Positions 11,148-19,080 of a DNA stretch of 21,955 nucleotides are shown piece by piece. Source of the stretch: Promethearchaeota archaeon (GTDB lineage: Archaea; Asgardarchaeota; Lokiarchaeia; Sigyniarchaeales; SOKP01); contig SDNY01000058.1 of assembly GCA_004524535.1 (NCBI GenBank), positions 1 through 21,955 on the forward strand, in the 5' to 3' direction. Both the position numbers and the translations under genes were made by a program. Every line of letters begins with the position of its first letter. Position 1 is the stretch's first letter. The notes beneath the pieces are model-generated. The model had not been told where the DNA came from. It ran no database searches and saw only the letters and a list, made by a program, of their open reading frames with translations.

Positions 11148-12299
11148 CTACAATTCTTTAATAAAGCTTTCAATTCTATCCATAGCTAATTTAAGTTTTT
11201 CTAACTCGGTTGCGTAAGAGATTCTTAATAAAAAATCTGAGAAAGAGCCAAATATATTGCCAGGAACTATTGCTACTCCTTTTTCTTTAATTATTTTTTC
11301 TGAAAAAGCTTGACCTGTCATGTTAAATTTTTTAACTGAGGGCATTATATAAAACGCACCAAGAGGTTTGACTACATCAAAACCTATTTCATTTAGTCTA
11401 TTATACACAAACATACGTCTTTCGTCAAAACTCTTTAAAATATCATCAAAAAAACTATTGTCCATCTTTAAAGCTTCAATAAATCCATATTGAGCAGCGT
11501 GATTTGTCCCCGCAATTGTATACTGGAGATATTTTTCCATTAGGTCAATGATTTCCTTATTTGCTGCTACATAACCCAATCTAAAGCCCGTAGCGGAGTA
11601 TAACTTACTCATTGCGTTGAGCGTAATCGTTCTTTCAAACATACCTTTAAGAGAGGCTGGACTTGTATGCTTTAAACCTTCATAAATATAATTCTCATAT
11701 GCTTCATCACTTATCAAATATAAATCGTGTTTAAGAACTATACTAACAATCTCCTCTAATTCTTGCTTGCTTAATACATAACCAGTTGGATTATTCGGAG
11801 AATTAATAAGAATCGCCTTAGTTTTATTTGTAATTGACGCTTTTATATTCTCGATATTTGGACTAAAATCTAAATTTCGTTCAATTTCAACAATATTAAC
11901 CCCAAAAAAAGAACCGCAATAGAAATACGAAACAAAATTCGGTGATGATAGAATCAGCTCGTCACCAGGATTAAATATCGAGGCAAACGCAAGTGTAATA
12001 GCGTTAGAACCTCCATTACACAATATAATGTTATCTTTCCAGTTTAGTTTAATATTATTAATTGTTTCTAATTTCTTTTCAAGCAATTCTAATAGCTTTG
12101 GTACGCCTCTCGTTGGAGCATAGGTAGTGATGTTTTTCTTTAGTGCGGCAATATTACCTTGTATCGCTGGGAGAGGAGTAGGAAAATCTGGTTGACCAAT
12201 ACCAAGACTAATAACATCAGAGCGCCCAGCCGCAAGGTCAAATAATTCTCTAATTTTAGATTTTGGAGCTGCTATGACTTTTTGAGATAGTTCTTTCAT
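11148..12299 (-). CDS. Class I/II PLP-dependent (aspartate-type) aminotransferase
   Basis: LGIGQPDF, INSPNNPTG, ISDEAY, MSKLYSATGFRLGY. Confidence 0.95.
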   Translation of the reverse strand: MKELSQKVIAAPKSKIRELFDLAAGRSDVISLGIGQPDFPTPLPAIQGNIAALKKNITTYAPTRGVPKLLELLEKKLETINNIKLNWKDNIILCNGGSNAITLAFASIFNPGDELILSSPNFVSYFYCGSFFGVNIVEIERNLDFSPNIENIKASITNKTKAILINSPNNPTGYVLSKQELEEIVSIVLKHDLYLISDEAYENYIYEGLKHTSPASLKGMFERTITLNAMSKLYSATGFRLGYVAANKEIIDLMEKYLQYTIAGTNHAAQYGFIEALKMDNSFFDDILKSFDERRMFVYNRLNEIGFDVVKPLGAFYIMPSVKKFNMTGQAFSEKIIKEKGVAIVPGNIFGSFSDFLLRISYATELEKLKLAMDRIESFIKEL

Positions 12300-12392
12300 A
12301 ATAATATTTTTCTGAGTTAATTAATTTTAAAAGATTTTATCTTTATAGAATAAACTTATAAAAAGAGTTATTAATCAAAATATAAAATTAAA

Positions 12393-12970
12393 CTAAGCAG
12401 CTTCACCTAATTTTTTTAAAATATTATAAACCAAATTTTCAAATGCCTTTTCGACGTTTTCTCCGTACTTGGCACTTGTTTCAATGAAATCACTCGCATT
12501 AATTTCTCTCATAAAGCTATTGCCCTCTTCTGTTGAAACCACGCGTTGCTCCGTTAAATCAGTTTTGTTACCGATTAATACGTAGGTTCCTTCTTGTTTC
12601 ACATATTTCTCGAAATCCCTTAACCATTTAGAATTTACAGTTTCAAAAGTGGAACGTCTGGTTATATCATAAACTAATAACGCTCCAACACACCCTTGGA
12701 AATACATTGAACGAATTACATTATATTTCTCTTGTCCAGCGAGGTCCCACATAATTAATCTAACCTTTACGTTAATTTTATTAATATAAATATCTTTTCT
12801 AATGATATTAGCTCCCAGAGTGGGTTTATAATCCTCTTGGAAAGAATGTTCGATATATTGATTTATTAATGATGTCTTACCAACGGCCGCGTCCCCTAAA
12901 ACCACGATTAACTTCGCTAAGACGACGGGTCTTAAGCTTTAAAGACGAATTCTTTAATATCTTCAGACAT
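12393..12970 (-). CDS. Rab-like small GTPase, 182 aa after splicing (join 12970-12939, 12909-12393)
   Basis: Exon 1 MSEDIKEFVFK joins IVVLGDAAVGKTSL; WDLAGQE, NKTD, ETSAK. The track ORF (GTG 12905) lacks the start of beta-strand 1. Confidence 0.9.
12910..12938 (-). other. Canonical BHB mRNA intron (29 nt): AGCUUAAGACCCGUCGUCUUAGCGAAGUU
   Basis: Central helix CUUU(12944-41)/GAAG(12915-12); bulges AA|A and UU|A; intron stem GCU(U)AAGAC/GUCUUAGC. Cleavage after the second bulge nucleotide restores the frame and FK-IVVLGD. Confidence 0.88.
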
Positions 12971-13023
12971 TTAGGGATACCGCCTCATTCCTCTGCTCAT
13001 TTTTATCAACTCATATTTTACAT
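12971..13023 (-). other. Candidate 53-nt leader intron (relaxed BHB) ending at the Rab start codon; contains uORF MSRGMRRYP*
   Basis: Helix AGGG(13029-26)/CCCU(12976-73), bulges AA|A and AA|A, exon stem CAAAUA/UGUCUG 5 of 6; intron-side stem imperfect. Confidence 0.45.
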
Positions 13024-13072
13024 TTCCCTTATTTGTAATTATATTAATATTTTTATTATGCTTTATTTTTTT

Positions 13073-13609
13073 TTATTTCCATAATAATTTTAAAATATGC
13101 GAATTTTGCGTTTCTTTTTCGCTTACATAAGTAACATTTTTATTTTCTGGTAACGATTTCTTTAAGGATTGAACAAGAAACCCAAAGAATAGCTGGCAAG
13201 GAACTCCAATTTCATGACAAAAAACACAATTTTTAATTTCAACTGTAAAAGAATTTACTCCTTGATCTATAATTTGTACATCCCAATCTGTTTTTATTAA
13301 CTCGGTAATTTCTTCTACTATATCTTGAAAACTTTTACCATAAGGATACAAGTATATAGCAAGTTTCATGCCGAGATTATATAAGAGCTTATAACATCCA
13401 TATAGCAAAGAATTTTGAGCTATGATTAATTTCTTAAAAGTAAAAAAATCTATAGTCCCATTTGGATCAACTTCTCTAGCATCCTTTAAATCTAACATTT
13501 CAGCTTCTTTTAAAACAGATTTCATTCCATCGTAATCAAGGATATCTAAATAAGCTTGTAATAGCGCCGTAACGACCTTGTTTTTTACTTCCTCGTTATA
13601 TTCTCCTAT
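13073..13609 (-). CDS. V4R-like domain protein; probable start upstream of the track's ATG 13525
   Basis: CVFC..GVPCQLFFGFL V4R-type motif. Frame stays open and protein-like (NKVVTALLQAYLDILDYDG) to 13615; ATA 13609 lies 6 nt after an SD-like GGTGA. Start uncertain. Confidence 0.7.
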   Translation of the reverse strand: MGEYNEEVKNKVVTALLQAYLDILDYDGMKSVLKEAEMLDLKDAREVDPNGTIDFFTFKKLIIAQNSLLYGCYKLLYNLGMKLAIYLYPYGKSFQDIVEEITELIKTDWDVQIIDQGVNSFTVEIKNCVFCHEIGVPCQLFFGFLVQSLKKSLPENKNVTYVSEKETQNSHILKLLWK

Positions 13610-13637
13610 TACTATTCACCAATTGTTTAAATTTTAT

Positions 13638-13669
13638 TTAACATCATTTATTACTTAGAATGATATTAA
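13638..13669. promoter_or_regulatory. Intergenic inverted repeat (11-bp arms, 10-nt spacer)
   Basis: ttaacatcatt (13638-48) / aatgatattaa (13659-69), one mismatch (G:U on the minus strand). Function unknown. Confidence 0.35.
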
Positions 13670-13690
13670 TTTATTTTAATCTAAACTTAC

Positions 13691-14224
13691 TTAATGGTCA
13701 CCTAAAATTTCATAAACTAAATTTAAAAACGCTTTTTCAACATTGTTTCCTTTCTTAGCACTTGTTTCTATGAATTCAATAGCGTTAATTCGTTTTGCCA
13801 TCTCTTTAGAATCTTCTTTAAAGACATATCGTTGATCTTCCAAATCGTTCTTGTTTCCAATTAATATAAGTGAGCCTGTTTTTTCAACATATTTCTTGTA
13901 ATCTGTTAACCACTTAATCTCTATATTTTCAAAGGAAGAATATCTAGTGATGTCATAGACTAATAACGCTCCCAAACAACCTTCGTAATAAGCGCCCCTA
14001 GTTATTTCATATTGTTCTTGGCCGGCGATATCCCAGAGGATTAGTCGGGCATTGGCATTAATTTGCTCGAGTTCAATATTTTTCATAACGATATTTACTC
14101 CTAATGTCGCTCGATAATCTTCTTTAAAAGAAGCTGAAACAAATTGATTAACTAAAGAGGTCTTACCAACTCCAGCATCTCCCAATACGGCCAGCTTCAA
14201 AACATATTGTCCTTGTTTAGACAT
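13691..14224 (-). CDS. Rab-like small GTPase (intron-less paralog of 12393-12970)
   Basis: YVLKLAVLGDAGVGKT, WDIAGQE, NKND, ETSAK; shares GALLVYDITR and NVEKAF.NLVY with the neighbour. Confidence 0.95.
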   Translation of the reverse strand: MSKQGQYVLKLAVLGDAGVGKTSLVNQFVSASFKEDYRATLGVNIVMKNIELEQINANARLILWDIAGQEQYEITRGAYYEGCLGALLVYDITRYSSFENIEIKWLTDYKKYVEKTGSLILIGNKNDLEDQRYVFKEDSKEMAKRINAIEFIETSAKKGNNVEKAFLNLVYEILGDH

Positions 14225-14239
14225 TTTATCTTCCTTTTT

Positions 14240-14668
14240 TTATAATTCTAATAATGATAAATTAAAAGTTGATTCATTAACCCGGTTTAATTTTTGATTA
14301 ATTTCGTAAATAAAAACTTCTGCAGTAACAGAGATTATGCTCGGTTGACTTAAATGACCTCCAATAAGATTATAATCACCTTTTCCAACTGAAATATGAA
14401 TGTGAATTATTGGATCTCCGTCCTTATAAGAGATGTTTCCCATGCAGGATATGAGTTCTACATTTTCTTCAAAAGTTTTAAATTTATATTCTTTTGTATT
14501 AAGATCAAAATAGCCTATCGTAAATTTTTTAAAGGCTCCAATAACATTTATTAATCCGCCTTTTATATCATAATTTTTAACAAGAACTTTTATTGCATCG
14601 ATTAAATCCTCATCAGGCATTACTCTTGCAACAATAACCCTTCCAATATTCGTTTCAATACTTTTCAT
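14240..14668 (-). CDS. PPC/DUF296 domain protein
   Basis: ELISCMGNIS, IHIHISVG, IGGHL, TAEV motifs. Confidence 0.9.
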   Translation of the reverse strand: MKSIETNIGRVIVARVMPDEDLIDAIKVLVKNYDIKGGLINVIGAFKKFTIGYFDLNTKEYKFKTFEENVELISCMGNISYKDGDPIIHIHISVGKGDYNLIGGHLSQPSIISVTAEVFIYEINQKLNRVNESTFNLSLLEL

Positions 14669-15226
14669 TTTTGTAATTGGATCTACTAAAGAAATATTTC
14701 AAGGATGACCAAAAAGATCTATGAAATTCTTTAATTTCTTCGTTTTTTATATTTTTTTTATAATTTTACTTTTATTTATAGATTTTGTTATTTATATGAT
14801 AATATGAATTGTTTTTATTATTTTCTACCAGTGCAAAACAATTAATTACTCTGATTTATTTATAATTTATAATTAATGAATATGCAATAATTTATTTATG
14901 AGCGAAAAAGTCACGATTTCTGGAGTGGAATTGGAAGTTAATAATCATCTGAATTATCGTTATGGAATGATCAGAGAAAAATCTTGATGGGTTCTAAATA
15001 AAAAAAATACCGAACAGAAATGTATCAAATTTTCTTTTTTTCCAATAAATTTTTTTCAAATAATATATTTGTCTATTGTGTAACTTATACCACGAAATTT
15101 TTGCCTTTAAAAAGTATGTGAGAAAATTAACATTTTAAAGACACAGTAAATTTTGAGGGAGATTAAATTTAAATTTCTGAATTCTGAATTATATCATAGA
15201 GAAATAGAAAGTTTGTTTTAAAAAAG

Positions 15227-16412
15227 ATGAAAGAATTCAAAGTAAATGAACATATTGTTCTGCGATTAGAGGATAAAAAGACTAACATCTATGTGGACGG
15301 AGAGCCCTTTAATCAATGTAAGTATGTCTTGATGAGAAAATCGGTTGATGAATTGAAGGATGTACTTGAGGACATAGATTCGGTCGATGATTTAGCAAGA
15401 AATTTAGATCATTCATTAGAAAGAGTTAAACCTAAGCGAATAGACATACCTCCTAAGACTCGTTTTTGGGTACATTGTTCGAATATGCAGGTATGGGCAG
15501 AAAATCATTATGATACACGGCTCTTACATTCAAATTTAGCATTTCCCTTATTAAAGAAACTGGCAGAATTGGATGATTCTATAGCTAAAAGAGTTTTTAA
15601 AGCTGAAATAAAAAAAAGATTTTCCAGCGGGAAAGAAAATGTTATGGAATTTCTAAATATAAATGGGTATTTATCCTTTCTAACAGAAGAAGAGCTTAAA
15701 GAAGAGATCGCGAAACTAATTGAGAGAGGGAATCAAAGGACACTACTATTTCTGAAAGAGAATGAGTATTTAGATCATCTAAGTAATGAAGAAATAGTCT
15801 GTGCGTCATTAGTTCCGGAAGAAGCAGAAATCATTTTAGAATTAGAAAAATTAGTTAATGAAAAAATTGAATATATGAGTCTAGAGGAAGAACTTTCAAG
15901 TAATAAAGATAGGTATCCTTATTATAATGCTCGAGATCATAATGTAATTGGATTGGATTTATTTAACTGCAAGTTATTAGAAATTCCTGAAATAATAACA
16001 GGATTAAAAAGACTTAAAGAATTACATTTAGGAAGGAATTTTATCTCGACTATTCCTGAAATGATAAGAGAGTTAAAAAATCTTGAGATGTTAAATCTAT
16101 GGGACAATGAAATCCAAAACTTGCCTGATTGGCTTGATAAATTAAAATCATTGAAATACTTATATTTAAGTTCTAATCAAATAGAAGTACTTCCAAAATC
16201 AATAGGGAATATGAAATTATTAAAAGAATTAGATCTAGATACTAATAAATTAACCGCTATTCCAGAGACAATAAGAGATCTAAAAAATCTTGAGATGTTA
16301 GGGCTGACAAATAATAAAATCCAAACTTTACCAGAGTGGCTTAGTGAATTATTTTTTCAAAATCATACCTGATAATCTAAAAAAACTAAAATCAATCTAT
16401 TTACATATGTAA
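15227..16412 (+). CDS. Leucine-rich repeat protein with Lokiarchaeia-type N-terminal domain; 385 aa if a 28-nt intron is removed (join 15227-16346, 16375-16412), else 381 aa ending at 16372
   Basis: EFKVNE..L.LE..KT.IYV.G..F.QCK and FW.HCSN.Q.W.E..YDTRLLH.NLAFPLLK.L N-terminus; 23-aa LRRs with a 207-nt duplication (16064 vs 16271). Confidence 0.85.
16347..16374 (+). other. Candidate relaxed BHB mRNA intron (28 nt)
   Basis: Helix UUAG(16341-44)/CUGA(16369-72), bulges UG|A and UA|A, internal hairpin AU.AUUUU/AAAAU.AU. Splicing gives LSDLKKLKSIYL, matching the earlier repeat LDKLKSLKYLYL. Confidence 0.65.
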
Positions 16413-16446
16413 GTCTGAAGTGTTGGATTATTTAAATTCTTCTTCT

Positions 16447-19080
16447 CTATCTACGGAAGTTAGGATAAGGATTATTTAAAAGATCTGGATTATTATTTCT
16501 GTAAATTTCTGTAAATTCCTGAAGAGACCAAAGTATATTATGATCTTGAAGTAAAACCCATCTTTCATTTAAAAACTTGATGTAATCTTCTATATCCAAT
16601 TCGGCTGCCCCCCAAGGATATATAACATGAACCTTTTCAACAGAATATTCATTAAAAGGAATACCAAGAATAATAAAAGAATCTTCAGAATTATAGTCAT
16701 CAGTTAAAATATTTGATCCTTGTCTTGAAAATAACTCACCAACTTTTATAATACCATGTCTATTGAAACCAAAACTAATGATACCATCATCTATCTCACT
16801 ATTGATTGGTTTGATTACACAACCAAAATCCATCTGATTCTTTTTTGCCTGTGTATTCATTAGATTCACAGCATAATCTAACATTCTAATACTATCTTCA
16901 TAATTATTTATAAGATCTATTTCAAACATACCTGCAAGGGGTTGATTTGCAAGGGGTTGTCCTGGCAGGGGTTGTCCTGGCCATTTTGGCAGAAATGTAT
17001 AATACCGTCCTGAAGTTTTTACCCTAGGTTTGAAGAATTGATATCCTAACATAGAATCACGTGTATTAACCATGGGAATCAACTTAGCTCTACCACCCTC
17101 TATATTTAAAATTGCTTGCTCTAATAATTGAACAGTTTCTTTATTCTTACTACTTACAATTTCTCTCTTTGGATCAGTAATTGCATATGCGGGAATATGT
17201 CCTAAATCTCCATAAGCATTATATGTTATGCCTATAAGATCGTCTTGAGTGATTCTAATTCTAAAGGGAATGTTCAAACCAAAAGCTTGCGAAAGTGGGT
17301 CTTGAATTTGTTCAAATACTAAAGTTGTAGAATAATCGTGTGAACACGCGAATTTTTCACATTGTTTCCTTAAGTTAGCATCAGTTGTAAAGGAGATAAT
17401 CATATTGAAATCTTTTTGGGCAAGACTTATAACAGATTCATAATACCATAGATTTAGATCTGTATCATCGCCTAAATAACGTCCCGTGACAATCTTTCTA
17501 TACGCCTTCTTTTTAATAACATTAAGCATATTAGTCTGATCACGCCTAAAATTCTTCATAAAAAGATCAATATTATCAACCTTTGTAACACCGCTCTCAG
17601 TTCTCGCGAATCGAAGGTTATTACGAGCATATCTATCGTATATTAGAAAATAAATTTCTCCAATATTTTTAGATAAGCTTTTTAAATCTGTTCCACCAAT
17701 AGGGCTAGGAGGATCCACAGCAACTAAAGATCCTATTGGTAGGTCGAGTCTATTAATGTCATCTTTTATATCTCCAATGGGTAAATATAAATGCGAATCT
17801 AAATTGAACAAACCATACATGTGTCTGAGTCTGTCGCGACGAGTCTCCGTAAGGGAAATTGGTCTATCATATTGAGATGTTGGAGTGATTAAACCTACAT
17901 GTCCGAAAAATCGCTCTAAATTCTCTCTGGTAGGGCTAGACACAATTTTAATGTTAAACTCACTCCCTTTTACATAGAAATCAACCATATTTCCAAACAT
18001 ACATCGAATAGTAAAATGACCAAAAAGTTGCATCGCCACTTTAAATATCTCTTTGCCCATCTGAGCTTCCCTTACTTCGCACTCCTTTCTATCTCTGTCT
18101 ATATTTAATTCTTCATACTTGCTAGTCATACTTGTTATCTCCTCTAAATGCTTTTGGAGATACAAGATCTTCTTATTAGGACCATCATAAGCCATAACTA
18201 GTTCATAAATATGACTAAGCCACACTTTCAATGTGAAATCTCTGTTTCGAGTGCCCACTCTCTCTTTGAATCTGAATTTTCCGTTCGATTTTTTCCATAT
18301 TAACCTAGAAAAATCATCTAAAGTATCCACTAAATCATTTATATTTTCATTTATTTCATTTGCCCCTGGACCATCAAAAAATGCTCCTCCTTCTTCTCTT
18401 AGATAAATTCCATTAAATTTATGCAATAATGCCATAACATCGTATTGTGTGGCTTGTATTCCTTCTGTAATTCCTTCAAACATAGTAAAGAAAGTGTTGA
18501 AAAACTTCTCTTTTGTGAGTTGACCATAATAGACTTCCATGAGCTCTGAAGCAAAAGGAGTATAAAACTCTTTGGCTTTTTTCCAAGTATTTTCTATATT
18601 CCATGTCTGAGATGTAGGATCATAATCCACACCTCTAAAGTAAGGTTCTATATCTGGTAACACATAATGCAGAGGGCTGTCAGGACTGATTAATTTCGGA
18701 TCAATGAAATGCATTAAAGAGCCCAGACTTAATGCTTTCGAACCTTGGGATTTTGTAAAAACAGTGTAAATATCAACTCCACAATCTTCATATAAATGTT
18801 GTTGGTACTCCTCTAAATACCAATTCTCACCCCGCAATTTAATAACATCAACCGCAATAGTTACAGGTGTGACTAACCATTCTGGGTTTAAAAATTCGCT
18901 GGATAGCACATAACCATCGACATTTGTTAATTGAGCATGACGAATTACTTTCTTAACAACTTCGACAACATCACCTTCGACGACAACTCCTTCGACAACA
19001 ATACCATCCACCCATCCATCGGGAATCGCCATATTTTCATCAGTGATCTCGAGAAGGGCTCTCTCACTACCATCCACACG
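16447..19080 (-). CDS. Large hypothetical protein (876+ aa), probably the C-terminal part of a 5'-truncated gene
   Basis: Long open frame with no family I recognise. The GTG at 19077 abuts the coding region of the divergent gene with no intergenic space. Confidence 0.7.
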   Translation of the reverse strand, partial: RVDGSERALLEITDENMAIPDGWVDGIVVEGVVVEGDVVEVVKKVIRHAQLTNVDGYVLSSEFLNPEWLVTPVTIAVDVIKLRGENWYLEEYQQHLYEDCGVDIYTVFTKSQGSKALSLGSLMHFIDPKLISPDSPLHYVLPDIEPYFRGVDYDPTSQTWNIENTWKKAKEFYTPFASELMEVYYGQLTKEKFFNTFFTMFEGITEGIQATQYDVMALLHKFNGIYLREEGGAFFDGPGANEINENINDLVDTLDDFSRLIWKKSNGKFRFKERVGTRNRDFTLKVWLSHIYELVMAYDGPNKKILYLQKHLEEITSMTSKYEELNIDRDRKECEVREAQMGKEIFKVAMQLFGHFTIRCMFGNMVDFYVKGSEFNIKIVSSPTRENLERFFGHVGLITPTSQYDRPISLTETRRDRLRHMYGLFNLDSHLYLPIGDIKDDINRLDLPIGSLVAVDPPSPIGGTDLKSLSKNIGEIYFLIYDRYARNNLRFARTESGVTKVDNIDLFMKNFRRDQTNMLNVIKKKAYRKIVTGRYLGDDTDLNLWYYESVISLAQKDFNMIISFTTDANLRKQCEKFACSHDYSTTLVFEQIQDPLSQAFGLNIPFRIRITQDDLIGITYNAYGDLGHIPAYAITDPKREIVSSKNKETVQLLEQAILNIEGGRAKLIPMVNTRDSMLGYQFFKPRVKTSGRYYTFLPKWPGQPLPGQPLANQPLAGMFEIDLINNYEDSIRMLDYAVNLMNTQAKKNQMDFGCVIKPINSEIDDGIISFGFNRHGIIKVGELFSRQGSNILTDDYNSEDSFIILGIPFNEYSVEKVHVIYPWGAAELDIEDYIKFLNERWVLLQDHNILWSLQEFTEIYRNNNPDLLNNPYPNFRR
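16931..16982 (-). repeat. 15-bp coding tandem repeat (PGQPL-PGQPL-ANQPL-AG)
   Basis: Repeated aggggttg core every 15 nt. Confidence 0.8.
18956..19020 (-). repeat. Degenerate 15-bp coding repeat (VDGIV-VEGVV-VEGDV-VEVV)
   Basis: Repeated cttcgac every 15 nt. Confidence 0.7.

Noticed and set aside
12869-13084. 71-aa plus-strand ORF
   Set aside because: Antisense shadow of the Rab 5' region and its intron.
14687-14733. SECIS or C/D-box RNA on the plus strand
   Set aside because: AUGA motifs are present but helix spacing does not fit, and no upstream selenoprotein gene exists on that strand.
14948-14978. BHB-like hairpin in the short ORF
   Set aside because: The first bulge is 4 nt, there is no adjacent exon stem, and removal does not extend the ORF.
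16394-16434. Further BHB-like fold after the LRR tail (UCUA/UGGA helix, 28 nt) and palindrome TTACATATGTAA
   Set aside because: A continuous 6-bp alternative pairing removes one bulge, and the spliced product (IYYLNSSSL...) does not fit the LRR consensus and runs into the convergent gene.
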